This document shows, piece by piece, positions 25,607-37,186 of a DNA stretch of 64,000 nucleotides. The stretch comes from a virus. The notes beneath the pieces were generated by a model. That model saw only the letters and a program-made list of their open reading frames with translations. It was not told the DNA's origin and searched no databases. The DNA is taken from positions 1-64,000 of IMG/VR virus record IMGVR_UViG_3300032224_000970. One strand, given 5' to 3'. Numbering within the stretch: the first letter of the stretch is position 1; every line of letters starts with the position of its first letter. A program made the position numbers and the translations under genes.

Positions 25607-28558
25607 ATGGCGACATCATCTTCCCTAATGAAATCTTTTCTGCATAATTCTATTGCAGATGGATTATATAATGAAGTAATATCAAGATACTCAAGATATT
25701 ACTATTTCCTTGGTAGAACACTATCATGGGAAGATGAATTATCACCACCAACACCTATCAATAGTTATGCTTATGACCTTCAAACTCGTAATGAAATTAT
25801 TACGATGAAAGAGATTAAGCCAACTGATATCGCATATGTTGTATATCGATATGATTGGGTGACTGGTACTGTGTACGATCAATTTGACGATCAGTATTCT
25901 ACTGAGGTTCAAGGTATAGATTTACAACAGGGTGGTTATAGTTATGCGACTGCGCCAAATGTTTACATTGGTTCTTATGGTGCTTCTACTTGGGTTGCAA
26001 ATACATCATATACCACAGGTACTATGATTAAAGTAGTTGTATCATCAAATGTTCAAAGAACATACATTGTAACTAATACTGGTGTTTCTGGTACTACTGC
26101 TCCAACACATACTACTGGAACTGTTTTAAATGGTACTGGTACTTTAATGCTGCAATACTTTGCACATAATGATGGTAATGGTACTGGCGCAACTGCTGCT
26201 GCTACAGTTCTTGATGGTCAGGTTATTGATATTGAAATGACACATCGTGGTTCTGGTTATGAAAGTGCACCAACAGTAGCTATCTGTGGTGGTGGTGGCG
26301 CTGCTGCTGTCGGTGTTGCTAAGGTTAATATATCTACACTTGGTTATCAAACACTCGAGGAATCACGTTATTATGTTATTACCGATGAATATAATGTGTA
26401 TATGTGTTTGGACAATAACAATGGAGCAGCTTCTGTTATTAAACCAACTGGTACCTCATCAGATGTAGTAAGTACTTCAGATGGTTACCTATGGAAATTT
26501 ATTTACACAGTTCCAATCGCACTGAGAAATAAATTTTTAACAGATCAATATATGCCAGTTGTAACTGCATTGAGAAATCAATTTTATTCATCTGGTAATT
26601 TGCAAACTATTAGAATTGATTCTGCTGGTTCTGGATATTCAAGCGGAACTATTACTGTGCAGGGCGATGGTTCTGCAACAGGTGAACAAGTTCATTTAAC
26701 TACAGCAGTTATTTCAGGTGCTGGTTCTGGTTATGTTAGTCCAACAATTACTATTGATCCACCATATACTGGTGCTGTAACATGGCAAGCCAGCTCAACT
26801 GTTTTAGTTGGACAAATATTAACTTATCAGAATAACATTTATGAAGTTGCAATTTCTGGTGTTACTGGTTCCACAGGTCCAGTGCATCGTTTTAATACTG
26901 TTGCCAATGGTACTGCTTCTTTACATTATAAAGGAACTACTGCAACAGGTGTTGTAACTGTGAATGGTAGTGGTGGCATTAATAGTTTAACTATGTATGG
27001 TATGCTACGTGATATAGTTATTTCAATTAATGGATCTGGATATACTTCTCCACCAGCAATTACATTCAGTGGTGGAAGTGGTACTGGAGCAACTGCGGTA
27101 GCTGTATTGCAAAATGGTTGTATTAATCAAATTAAAATTACAGGTCCTGGCAGTAGTTTTACCAGTGCTCCTTCTGTTATTATTGGAACACAGTGGACTG
27201 CAAATACTGCAGTAACCACTGGTCAACAGATTTATTACTCTAATCGTTTATATACAGTAACTGTTTCTGGAACAACGCATGCTTCTACTGCTCCAACCCA
27301 TTTAAGTGGTTCTGCAAGTAATGGTACTGCAACTCTTGCCTATGCAGGTGTTCAGGCAACTGCAACTGCATCATTGAAGTATGGTTCTGGATATAATTCT
27401 TATCCATCAGTAACAATTACTGGTGCTCCTGGAACTGGTGGTGTTATTTCTATTAGTGGTGTAAAAACAGAAGCCAAGTTACTTCCTATCTTCGCAGGTG
27501 ATACATTAGGACAACAGTGGACATCATCAACATCATTTGGCGCTGGTCTAAAAGTTTGGTACTCTACTAGGTTATATACAGTAACATCTGCTGGAACAAC
27601 TAGTGGTACTGCTCCAACTCATACTTCTGGCACTTTACCAAATGGAACTGCAACATTAAAATTTGAAGGATATTTTGGACAACTGATTGGTGTTCAAATT
27701 GATGATGCTGGTGAAGGATACACTTACGCCAACTTGAATGTAACAGGAACTGGAACTGGAGCAAGCGTCTCTGCTGATTTATCTCCTGGAGATGTTAATA
27801 CTTTACAAGCAAATATTGAATTGCTTACTGTAGATGGACGTATTATGAATTGCCCAGTTATCTCTGGTGGTTACGGTTATGGAGATGCGCAAGTAACTAT
27901 TGTTGGTGATGGCTCAGGAGCAACAGCTACAGCTTCTATCAGTCAAGGTGTTATTACAAAAATCAACATGACCAGTTATGGTTCTGGTTATCGTTGGGCA
28001 TCTGTTATAATTAGTGGTTCTGGTGATGGCGCAAGAGCACGTGTAATTATTGGTCCATATGGTGGTTATGGAAAAGAAGCACTTAACAATTTGTTTGCAA
28101 GAACACTAATGTTCTATAGTAATATTAGTCAAGATAAAAATCAAGGATTTGATGTAAATAACGACTATCGTCAACTTGGTATCATCAAAGGTCCAAGACA
28201 ATATGGAAATACCAATCCTTTGACATCAATTTTAGCATCAGCATGCTGGGTTATTTCAGGATCAATTAGCACGTCTTTATTCCCAGCTGATACGCTTATT
28301 ACAAATGTAGCAACAGGTGCAAGGTTTAGAATTGTAACTAATACAGGTTCTTCAGCATTGGTTCAATCATTGGATAATGCTCAAATTGCAATTGGAAATA
28401 CATTTACAAATAGTAGTGCTAACGTATTTGTATGCTCAACAGTAACACCACCTACAGTCGATAAATACTCAGGTGACTTGTTGTTCATTGATAATAAAGA
28501 AGCATTTACACCAACAACTGATGAAACAGTTACGCTAAGAACTGTTATTAGATTCTAA
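25607..28558 (+). CDS. gp8: baseplate wedge subunit (gp8-like) with inserted Gly-rich and CBM-like modules
   Basis: RYDWVTG..YD, YNVYMCLDNNNG, DGYLWKFIY, NDYRQLGII, SGDLLFIDN. Confidence 0.8.
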   Translation: MATSSSLMKSFLHNSIADGLYNEVISRYSRYYYFLGRTLSWEDELSPPTPINSYAYDLQTRNEIITMKEIKPTDIAYVVYRYDWVTGTVYDQFDDQYSTEVQGIDLQQGGYSYATAPNVYIGSYGASTWVANTSYTTGTMIKVVVSSNVQRTYIVTNTGVSGTTAPTHTTGTVLNGTGTLMLQYFAHNDGNGTGATAAATVLDGQVIDIEMTHRGSGYESAPTVAICGGGGAAAVGVAKVNISTLGYQTLEESRYYVITDEYNVYMCLDNNNGAASVIKPTGTSSDVVSTSDGYLWKFIYTVPIALRNKFLTDQYMPVVTALRNQFYSSGNLQTIRIDSAGSGYSSGTITVQGDGSATGEQVHLTTAVISGAGSGYVSPTITIDPPYTGAVTWQASSTVLVGQILTYQNNIYEVAISGVTGSTGPVHRFNTVANGTASLHYKGTTATGVVTVNGSGGINSLTMYGMLRDIVISINGSGYTSPPAITFSGGSGTGATAVAVLQNGCINQIKITGPGSSFTSAPSVIIGTQWTANTAVTTGQQIYYSNRLYTVTVSGTTHASTAPTHLSGSASNGTATLAYAGVQATATASLKYGSGYNSYPSVTITGAPGTGGVISISGVKTEAKLLPIFAGDTLGQQWTSSTSFGAGLKVWYSTRLYTVTSAGTTSGTAPTHTSGTLPNGTATLKFEGYFGQLIGVQIDDAGEGYTYANLNVTGTGTGASVSADLSPGDVNTLQANIELLTVDGRIMNCPVISGGYGYGDAQVTIVGDGSGATATASISQGVITKINMTSYGSGYRWASVIISGSGDGARARVIIGPYGGYGKEALNNLFARTLMFYSNISQDKNQGFDVNNDYRQLGIIKGPRQYGNTNPLTSILASACWVISGSISTSLFPADTLITNVATGARFRIVTNTGSSALVQSLDNAQIAIGNTFTNSSANVFVCSTVTPPTVDKYSGDLLFIDNKEAFTPTTDETVTLRTVIRF

Positions 28559-28596
28559 TAAATAATAAAGATTACCTTACAGGATAGAGTTCAACA

Positions 28597-31500
28597 ATGT
28601 TAGATTTCAATACCGAACCGTATAATGATGATTTCGATGAGAATAACAAATTCTATCGAATTTTATTTCGCCCAAGTTACGCTGTTCAGGCTAGAGAACT
28701 TACTCAGCTACAATCAATCTTACAGCAACAAATTAAATACCATGGTTCACATGTGTTTAAACAGGGTGCTATGGTTATTCCTGGGCAGATCTCGCTTGAC
28801 ACAAAATACAATTATGTTAAACTACAAGCAACCTATGCTGGTAATACTGTAGAAACATATATCGATAATCTTGCAGGTGCTACTTTAACTGGCACTTCAG
28901 GTGTTACTGCACAGGTTCTTCATATCGAAAATGCAGTTGGCTCTGATCCTACAACAATTTATGTTCGTTATACAACATCTGGCACTGATAATACTACAAA
29001 AACATTCTCTGCTGGTGAAGTTTTAACTACATCAGACCTTGCATATTCTGTGCAAGCAGCAGCATCTTCTGCAATAGGTGTTGGTTCGGCTGCAGTTATT
29101 GAACGTGGTGTATATTACATCAATGGCTTCTTTGTTCTATGTGATGCACAAACTATTGTATTAGACAAATATACAAATACACCAACATATAGAATTGGTC
29201 TTACAGTTGTAGAATCTAAAACAACACCTGAATTAAACGAAACTCTTCTTGACAATGCACAGAATAGTTATAACTATGCTGCTCCTGGAGCACATCGTTA
29301 TTTCATTGATCTAACTCTTACTGCACTTGCAGTAGATAGTACTAATGATGAAGGTTTTATTGAGTTACTACAATGTTCAAATGGTCAAGTAAAACGTGAA
29401 GTAACTAAAACATCTTATGCTGAAATTGAAAAAACATTGGCTCGTCGTACTTATGATGAGTCTGGTAACTATACAACTAGCCCATTTAAAATTGATGTTC
29501 GTGAACATAGAAATAATAATCGTGGAGCATTTGCTGCATCAAGAGCATATCTGGTCGGTGATGTAGTTACTAATGCTGGTAATACCTATGTTGCTAAAAA
29601 AGCAGGTACATCATTAAATACTCTACCGCCAGTACACACTAGCGGAATTGTTTATGATGGTGGTGTTTCTACTACATCAGGTGTTCCATGGGAATATAAT
29701 GAAACTCCATATTACAATCGTGGTATTTACGATGCTTTAGATGCGGTTGAGCCAGGAAATACAACTAAACTTGCAATCGGTTTAGAGCCAGGAAAAGCAT
29801 ATGTACAAGGTTATGAAATTGAAAAAATTTCAACTTCATATCTTACAGTAAATAAACCAAGAACATCTTTACAGACAACTAACAGTTATTTGTCTACACC
29901 TTTGGGTAACTTTGTTACTGTTACAAATATAAATGCACTTCCACCATTTGATTCTGCAAGTGGTTTCCCAACAGTAACTATCTACAATAAATTTACATCA
30001 AGCGTTGGTGTTGCTGCAGGTGGTACTGCTATTGGTACTGCTCGTGTTCGTGGTCTTGAGTGGGACAATGGAAACATTGGATCACAAACTGCAGTTTACA
30101 AATTATATCTGTTTGATATAAAGATTAACTCTGGTTATGATTTTACTCGTGATGCAAAATCATTCTATTATTCTCGTGGATCTGCTCCATTATCATTCAC
30201 TGCAGATATTAATCCACAGACTACAACCTTAACTGGTTTCGCAACAACTTATACATCTTACCCAGGAACACGTGGTTCATCAGCTACAATTTACGGTAGT
30301 GGAACTTCATTCCAAGGTGGTACTACTAACCCATTTAGCCCTGCTTTAAAAGTTGGTGATTATATCTACGTTGGTACTAACATATGTAGAGTTGCTACTG
30401 TTGTAAGCAATCAGCGAATTACAGTTGATTCTGCTATTACTGTAGATGGAGAGATTATTAAACTAATTACTACTTCTGTTGTTGAACCACAGAATAGCAA
30501 ATTAGTATACCAGTTACCAAACTACGCTATCAAATCTGTTACAAGTTCAAGCAATACTGAACAGATCATTTACTACACAATGAAATATATTGATGGTCTA
30601 TCTGCAACTAGCGGTGGTGCCATAACACTTAATACTGGTGGTGGTGTTTTTGCAGATCCTGCCGAAACAGATAACTTTATCTTAGTTTGCACAGACGCAA
30701 CAATCGGTGGAGTTATTGTACAGCCAACATCATATACATCTGGTGGTAGCAGTTCTATTACATTTAATGTTGGATCTACATACTACAGCAAGAACTTTGC
30801 TGTAATGGCAACTATCAAGAAAACTGCTGGTAGAAAGACTAAGACATTCTTGTCTAATGATGCATCTCCACAGACATTTACTACAGCAGCTACATCTACT
30901 AAAACTATTCTCCAATTAAATAAGGCAGATATATTCCGTATCAAATCTGTAATGATGGATACTGGAACTTTTGCTTCTCCATCAACAAGTTATACAATCG
31001 ATATTACTGATCGTTATGACTTTGATAATGGTCAAAGAGATACTCATTATGATGTTGGTCGTTTGATTTTAAAAACATCTTATACACCACCTACTGCTCC
31101 AATTAAAGTTTTCTTTGAATACTTCTCTCATTCATCGGGGGATTACTTTGCTGTAGATTCATATCCATTCCCAACTGATATGAGATATGAGGATATTCCT
31201 GGATATAATGGCGTATCCCTAAGAGATTGTATTGACTTCCGTCCACGTATTAATGATGCTGGAACATTGTTCTCTAGCACAGGTTCTTCATTCGCTTTAA
31301 CACCAAAACGTGGTCAAGATGTTACTGTTGATTACTCTTACTATCTTGGACGTAAAGATAAAATTGTAATTGATACACAAGGTAATTTCTCTGACATTAC
31401 AGGGGTTCCTGCTCTTGTTCCTACTCAGCCAGGAGATCCTGCTCTGGGTATGACTCTGTATAATCTTACACTTGAGCCATATACCTTCGGTACATCAAAC

Positions 31501-34500
31501 GCTAATATCGTTATCGACCAAGTTGATAACAAGCGTTATACTATGCGTGATATCGGTAAACTTGAAAAGCGTATTGACAATCTTGAGTATTATACATCAC
31601 TATCATTGTTAGAGCAAGAAACTACAAGTCTTTCTGTTACAGACTCTAATGGTCTTGACAGATTTAAAAATGGTTTTATTGTAGATGGATTTAAAGGACA
31701 TAACGTAGGTAATGTTCTATCTCCTGATTATAAGTGTTCTGTTGATATGAACAATGGAGAACTTCGTCCATTCTATACAATGACCAACGTAAACTTGATT
31801 GAAAATATTGTATCTTCAACAAGTGCAGATACTGATAGAGATACTGCTGGTTACAAGTTATATGGTGATGTTATTACTCTACCATTAAATGCAACAACAC
31901 CACACGTAGAACTTGTAAAACAGAAATATGCTTCTCGTCTTGAAAATATTAACCCATTCGCTATCTTTACATTCCTCGGTGATATCAAACTAAATCCATC
32001 ATCAGATGACTGGTTTGAAACCAAGTATGACAGTAAATATGACATTATTCGAAATGTAGAAGGTAGCTTTAATACTGTCGCTGCTCTTGCAACACAGGCT
32101 GGCATCCTTGGAACTATCTGGGGCGCATGGCAAATTAACTGGTATGGTGAACCTGTAATTCAAAATGGCGGTTCATTGATTCAGTATACTACTGGATCAA
32201 ACTGGGCGAATGAGCGAGCACTAAGCGAAGGTGCAACATATATTAACGTACAAGATTTTAATAATCGTTTCGGTACTGGTGGCGGTGGTGGTCCAGCACG
32301 TCAGGTTTTTGTTGAAGCACGTGCACAAAAAGGTATTGGACATAGAGAGGGTGTTAAGTCTACTCTTGCCGTACAGTGGGAAAGACAAGTAATTGATGAT
32401 CGCATTATTTCTACTGCTGTTATTCCATATATGCGTTCACGCAATATTTTAGTTCAGGTTAAGAAACTAAAAGCAAATACAAAGTTCTATGCATTCTTTG
32501 ATGATGTAAATGTTTCTACACAATGCACACCTTCTTCATCAATCACTTATACTCTACCAACTGCTACTTCTGTTGACTTTGATATTACATCAAATGCAGG
32601 TGGTGGTGCAGCAGATGCTGGTCGTGTGATTAATACAATTACTGATAAATTAAATTCAGATAACGTGGGTAATATGTGTCTGAATGTTGGAGATATGATT
32701 CTAGGTGGTACTTCAGCTGCTACTGCAGTTGTTGTAGGTAAGGAATATAATCCTGATACTACTATTAGAAAATTGCATGTAATGAACATCAAGGGTACTT
32801 TCCAGAATGGTGAAACTATCACTGGTTCTATTTCTGGTGCTATTGGTACAATCAGTGCAGTTCCAGAAACTAACAAGTCTCTTGGTGGAGATCTAGTAAC
32901 AAACTTCCGTGGAGATTTGAATTTTATTTTCAATCTTCCAAATAACGATGCTCTAAAATTTAGAACAGGTACTCGTGAATTTAAACTGCTAGATGTTTCA
33001 AGCGCAAATGGACAATGGACATCTTCAGCTAAAACACAGTTCGAGGCGTCTGGTGTTTTACAAACTCGTGCTCAAACAATTAACAATGTACGTAATGGTC
33101 ACATTATTCAAGAAATTGTTGCAGAGGACGATAAAGTTACAAGAACTATTGAACGTGTTGCAGCAGATACTGGTTGGTATGACCCACTGGCACAAACATT
33201 CTTGGTTCAAAGTAAGGGTGGTGCATTCTTAAGTAAGGTAGATATCTTCTTCGCTTCTAAAGATAGCAAGTATCCTGTTACTTTACAAATTCGTGAAGTT
33301 GTAAATGGTTATCCAGGTAAAGTTATTCTTCCATTCTCTGAGGTTACATTAAATCCAGAACAGGTTAATCTGTCTGTTAATACTGTAACTTTAACTGATG
33401 GTTCAGAAGCCAACTATCCAAAGTATGATACAGCAACTACATTTACATTCCCAAGTCCAATCTATGTAGAAGATAATACTGAATATTGTATTGTTCTTGC
33501 ATCAGATTGCAGCAACTATAAAGTTTGGATTAGTCAGATGGGAGATCAGATTCCTGATTCCTCAAGCACTATTTCTGAACAGCCTTATGCTGGTGTTCTA
33601 TTCAAATCACAGAACGCATCTACTTGGACTGCAAATCAAGACCAAGACTTGAAGTTTACTTTATGGCGTGCAAATTTTGAAACTAACTCAGTAGGAAATG
33701 TAACATTCGTCAATGATGTATTGACACCTGAGTTAATTGAATCTGATCCATTCGAAGCTGTATCTGGTCAAAGTAAAATTCGTGTATGGCATCCAAACCA
33801 TGGTATGTTCCCAGGATCATATGTTCAGTTTACAAACACTGATGATACAGTAATTAATGGTACTGCTTTAAGCGGAACGATGACTGTCTCTGCAGGTAAT
33901 ACTACAGTTACAGGTGGAACATCTGGTACAGCACAAACATACTTTGTAGCTGAATTAAATTCTTCACGTTATGTTCTTCGCAGAGCATCTGATAATGCTT
34001 TCGTTGGTGTTATCTCTGGTGTAACTGATAATAACCATTTAGTGTTGTTATCTGGTGCAGCTGTTCCTCTTGCTGGTGTTGCTTGTAAAGTTTGCAAACC
34101 AATCGCTGGTAGTGATACTGGTGGTATTCCAACTACAGAGATCTACAAGAACTCAGGTGGAACACAAATAACTCATACTATTTCTGACGTAGATCTAGAC
34201 TCTTATTGCATTACAGTTTCAAGTACTGCAGGTAGAACTGGATATAGCGGTGGACAAACTGTAAATGCTACATACAATGTGATGTATGATATGGTTCAGC
34301 CAGCCCTACAAATTCAGAATTTCTCTGAAACACAATGTGATGTTTCTATGGCGAATGCTACTGGAAAATCTGTTGATGGAACTGAAACACCATATACTAT
34401 TAGTAGCCCACCAACTTATTACGCTGTATCACCAAATGATACAAATATTCTTTATTCACCAGCTGTTATTGCTTCTAGCATTAACCAGTCCTTCGTTGGT

Positions 34501-35490
34501 TCTAAATCAGTATTCTTGAAAGCAGCGATCTCTTCTGATAATTCTGCTCTTTCACCCATCATTGACACTCACAGAACTTCTCTGTTGGCTATTTCGAATA
34601 AAGTCAATACACCATCTCCTGATAATATCAACGTAGATGTTATTGATACAAGAACTGTATTTGAACATACAGCATATGGACCATTTAGTTTTGCCAATAC
34701 AGGAACTTTATGGTCAGCAACTGCAACTGTTGCTTTGAATGCTCAGTTATATTGGCTGGGTAACCTGTATACTGTAACTCAGGCTGGTACAACAGGTGCG
34801 GTTGCTCCAACTCATACAGCTGGTTACGCTACAAATGGAACTGCAATTTTGACTTATGCAGGTTACTCTACAGTAATCACTACGTCAGATTCAGTGATTG
34901 CTGGATTGATACCAACCATTGCAGTGGGTAAATACATTACTGTTACTGGCGCAACTACTTCTGGCAACAATAATAGCACTACTGGTTATCTGGTGACTAA
35001 GATTGCTGGCGATGGTTCTACCACTGGAACAATTACTGTGGCTAGAGGTTCAAACTGGTCTGCTGCGGAAAACTCTGTTTCTGGAACTACAGTCAAGTTG
35101 AAAAACCTTTTTGTAGACGAGATTTCTCCAAAGGGAAGTTCTTCGGTTAATAAATATATTTCTAAGAACATCAAACTGGATAACCCTTCTACGTTCTTTA
35201 GAATTCGCCTAGCAGCGAACTGCCCAACTGAAGCAAACATCTTAGTTTATTACAAGATTTCACCTATCGGTTCTACTGTTGATTTTGATACTGTAAATTG
35301 GACTCAGTCTTACCCAGATGTTGATATGAAGAAAGTACAAAGAGGCGACTTTACTACATTCTATGATGTAGATTATTCTGAAGAAAAGCTGTCACCTTTT
35401 GATACTATTGCAGTCAAGATTGTCCTTCAGTCTACAAACAGTTCTGCCGTACCAAAGGTTAAAGACCTAAGAATTATTGCCTGTGCTTAA
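28597..35490 (+). CDS. large virion structural protein (DUF4815/VrlC-like)
   Basis: PYNDDFD..FYRILFRP..VQARELTQLQ, APGAHR, RYTMRDIGKLEKRI, DPLAQTF, FKSQNASTW. Confidence 0.85.
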   Translation: MLDFNTEPYNDDFDENNKFYRILFRPSYAVQARELTQLQSILQQQIKYHGSHVFKQGAMVIPGQISLDTKYNYVKLQATYAGNTVETYIDNLAGATLTGTSGVTAQVLHIENAVGSDPTTIYVRYTTSGTDNTTKTFSAGEVLTTSDLAYSVQAAASSAIGVGSAAVIERGVYYINGFFVLCDAQTIVLDKYTNTPTYRIGLTVVESKTTPELNETLLDNAQNSYNYAAPGAHRYFIDLTLTALAVDSTNDEGFIELLQCSNGQVKREVTKTSYAEIEKTLARRTYDESGNYTTSPFKIDVREHRNNNRGAFAASRAYLVGDVVTNAGNTYVAKKAGTSLNTLPPVHTSGIVYDGGVSTTSGVPWEYNETPYYNRGIYDALDAVEPGNTTKLAIGLEPGKAYVQGYEIEKISTSYLTVNKPRTSLQTTNSYLSTPLGNFVTVTNINALPPFDSASGFPTVTIYNKFTSSVGVAAGGTAIGTARVRGLEWDNGNIGSQTAVYKLYLFDIKINSGYDFTRDAKSFYYSRGSAPLSFTADINPQTTTLTGFATTYTSYPGTRGSSATIYGSGTSFQGGTTNPFSPALKVGDYIYVGTNICRVATVVSNQRITVDSAITVDGEIIKLITTSVVEPQNSKLVYQLPNYAIKSVTSSSNTEQIIYYTMKYIDGLSATSGGAITLNTGGGVFADPAETDNFILVCTDATIGGVIVQPTSYTSGGSSSITFNVGSTYYSKNFAVMATIKKTAGRKTKTFLSNDASPQTFTTAATSTKTILQLNKADIFRIKSVMMDTGTFASPSTSYTIDITDRYDFDNGQRDTHYDVGRLILKTSYTPPTAPIKVFFEYFSHSSGDYFAVDSYPFPTDMRYEDIPGYNGVSLRDCIDFRPRINDAGTLFSSTGSSFALTPKRGQDVTVDYSYYLGRKDKIVIDTQGNFSDITGVPALVPTQPGDPALGMTLYNLTLEPYTFGTSNANIVIDQVDNKRYTMRDIGKLEKRIDNLEYYTSLSLLEQETTSLSVTDSNGLDRFKNGFIVDGFKGHNVGNVLSPDYKCSVDMNNGELRPFYTMTNVNLIENIVSSTSADTDRDTAGYKLYGDVITLPLNATTPHVELVKQKYASRLENINPFAIFTFLGDIKLNPSSDDWFETKYDSKYDIIRNVEGSFNTVAALATQAGILGTIWGAWQINWYGEPVIQNGGSLIQYTTGSNWANERALSEGATYINVQDFNNRFGTGGGGGPARQVFVEARAQKGIGHREGVKSTLAVQWERQVIDDRIISTAVIPYMRSRNILVQVKKLKANTKFYAFFDDVNVSTQCTPSSSITYTLPTATSVDFDITSNAGGGAADAGRVINTITDKLNSDNVGNMCLNVGDMILGGTSAATAVVVGKEYNPDTTIRKLHVMNIKGTFQNGETITGSISGAIGTISAVPETNKSLGGDLVTNFRGDLNFIFNLPNNDALKFRTGTREFKLLDVSSANGQWTSSAKTQFEASGVLQTRAQTINNVRNGHIIQEIVAEDDKVTRTIERVAADTGWYDPLAQTFLVQSKGGAFLSKVDIFFASKDSKYPVTLQIREVVNGYPGKVILPFSEVTLNPEQVNLSVNTVTLTDGSEANYPKYDTATTFTFPSPIYVEDNTEYCIVLASDCSNYKVWISQMGDQIPDSSSTISEQPYAGVLFKSQNASTWTANQDQDLKFTLWRANFETNSVGNVTFVNDVLTPELIESDPFEAVSGQSKIRVWHPNHGMFPGSYVQFTNTDDTVINGTALSGTMTVSAGNTTVTGGTSGTAQTYFVAELNSSRYVLRRASDNAFVGVISGVTDNNHLVLLSGAAVPLAGVACKVCKPIAGSDTGGIPTTEIYKNSGGTQITHTISDVDLDSYCITVSSTAGRTGYSGGQTVNATYNVMYDMVQPALQIQNFSETQCDVSMANATGKSVDGTETPYTISSPPTYYAVSPNDTNILYSPAVIASSINQSFVGSKSVFLKAAISSDNSALSPIIDTHRTSLLAISNKVNTPSPDNINVDVIDTRTVFEHTAYGPFSFANTGTLWSATATVALNAQLYWLGNLYTVTQAGTTGAVAPTHTAGYATNGTAILTYAGYSTVITTSDSVIAGLIPTIAVGKYITVTGATTSGNNNSTTGYLVTKIAGDGSTTGTITVARGSNWSAAENSVSGTTVKLKNLFVDEISPKGSSSVNKYISKNIKLDNPSTFFRIRLAANCPTEANILVYYKISPIGSTVDFDTVNWTQSYPDVDMKKVQRGDFTTFYDVDYSEEKLSPFDTIAVKIVLQSTNSSAVPKVKDLRIIACA

Positions 35491-35491
35491 T

Positions 35492-35728
35492 ATGACAAGA
35501 TACTTAAAAGTCGAAGGAAATTCTTCTTTGGTCAGAGATGTCGAGACCATGGCTATCCTAAATACTAATAGAACAGAATATGAAAATTATCTGCGCAAGA
35601 AGGAAGCCATGGAAACTTCTAAAGAAGCTATTGAACGACACTCGCAGGAAATAAATACCATCAAAGAAGATTTAAGTGAAATTAAACAAATGATTTATGC
35701 GTTATTACAAGATCGTACAAAGGGATAA
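35492..35728 (+). CDS. small coiled-coil protein
   Basis: KVEGNSSLVRD..AILN; coiled-coil tail. Confidence 0.75.
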   Translation: MTRYLKVEGNSSLVRDVETMAILNTNRTEYENYLRKKEAMETSKEAIERHSQEINTIKEDLSEIKQMIYALLQDRTKG

Positions 35729-35731
35729 TAA

Positions 35732-36724
35732 ATGTCAACGATAGTCACAAGAGCAGGTAAAGGCTCTCCTTTAACTAATACCGAAGTTGATTCCAACTTT
35801 ACTAATTTAAACACAGATAAACTAGAGTCCACTTATTCAGGTGCGATGAATAGTTTAACTGGCGGTACTTCTATCGCTACTGTTGGTACAGTCACTACTG
35901 GTACTTGGTCTGCTACTGCAATAGGTGCTACCAAAGGTGGTACTGGGCAAACAACTTATGCAACTGGCGATACACTTTATGCAAGTGCCTCAAACACTTT
36001 AAGTAAACTGTCAAAGCCAGCCAGCGCAACATCTATTCTACAGATGGATTCCGCAGGTGCTCCCAGCTGGTTAGATAAAGGTGCAACAGGTATTACTGGT
36101 GTTGGCACTGTCACTACTGGTACTTGGAATGGTACTGCAGTCGGTGCTGCATATGGTGGTACTGGTGTTGCAAATAATGCTGCCAATACTATTACCTTTA
36201 CAGGTGCGTATTCTCTTGGTTTGACTTTAACTGCATCAACTACTTTGACTTTGCCAACTAGTGGAACTTTAGCTACTCGTGCAGGATCTGAAGCACTGAC
36301 AAATAAAACGATTAATGGTATGACCATTACATCTAGCACTGGTACATTCACTCTTACTAATGCCAAAACATTATCTGTTTCAAATACTCTAACATTTACT
36401 GGTACTGATTCTTCATCGGTTGATTTTGGTGCTGGTGGTACTGTTCTTTATACAGGTGGTACTACTTCGATTACTAGTGTTGGTACTATTACTACTGGTA
36501 CTTGGTCAGCAACTGCGATTGCAGCTACTAAAGGTGGTACTGGTTTAACCACTTATACTACTGGCGATATCATCTATGCATCTGCTACAAATACCCTAAG
36601 TAAATTAGCAGCAGGTACAGATGGACAAATTTTAACATTGGCAAGTGGAGTTCCATCATGGACAACTTCCAATTCAGCAACAACAGGTAAAGCAATCGCC
36701 ATGGCAATGGTTTTTGGCGGATAA
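35732..36724 (+). CDS. tail fibre-like protein
   Basis: RAGKGSPLTNTEVDSNF N-terminus; GT.TTGTW repeats; ends GKAIAMAMVFGG. Confidence 0.75.
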   Translation: MSTIVTRAGKGSPLTNTEVDSNFTNLNTDKLESTYSGAMNSLTGGTSIATVGTVTTGTWSATAIGATKGGTGQTTYATGDTLYASASNTLSKLSKPASATSILQMDSAGAPSWLDKGATGITGVGTVTTGTWNGTAVGAAYGGTGVANNAANTITFTGAYSLGLTLTASTTLTLPTSGTLATRAGSEALTNKTINGMTITSSTGTFTLTNAKTLSVSNTLTFTGTDSSSVDFGAGGTVLYTGGTTSITSVGTITTGTWSATAIAATKGGTGLTTYTTGDIIYASATNTLSKLAAGTDGQILTLASGVPSWTTSNSATTGKAIAMAMVFGG

Positions 36725-36746
36725 TTTTTAAAGAGGATAAAATAAA

Positions 36747-37151
36747 ATGGCAGCTCCAAATATTGTAAACGTAGCAACTATCACTGGTTCTACAGCATAT
36801 CAAACATTAACTAATACCAACGATAACGCATTAATTAGCAATGCAGCTTCTTCTGGTAAAGTTTTAAAAGTAAACAACATCTTCGTGTCTAACGTAAATG
36901 GTGTTGCAGCAGCGACTGTTACTCTATCATATCGTTCAGCTGCAAATGCTGTTACTGATGGTACTTTGTCAACAGCTTCTTCTGGTACTGCATATCGTAT
37001 GGCATATCAGATCTCTGTTCCTGCAAACACTACATTAATGTTGTTGGACAAGTCTGGTTCAATCTACTTGCCAGAAAATGCATCATTATCAATTCAGGCT
37101 GGTACTGCATCTTACTTAGAAGTAGTAGCGTCATACGATCAGATTTCTTAA
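36747..37151 (+). CDS. fibre-associated small structural protein
   Basis: MAAPNIVNV; beta-rich; GAGG SD. Confidence 0.7.
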   Translation: MAAPNIVNVATITGSTAYQTLTNTNDNALISNAASSGKVLKVNNIFVSNVNGVAAATVTLSYRSAANAVTDGTLSTASSGTAYRMAYQISVPANTTLMLLDKSGSIYLPENASLSIQAGTASYLEVVASYDQIS

Positions 37152-37186
37152 TTAAGTAGGTTGTTTTGAACACGAGATAGGACATC

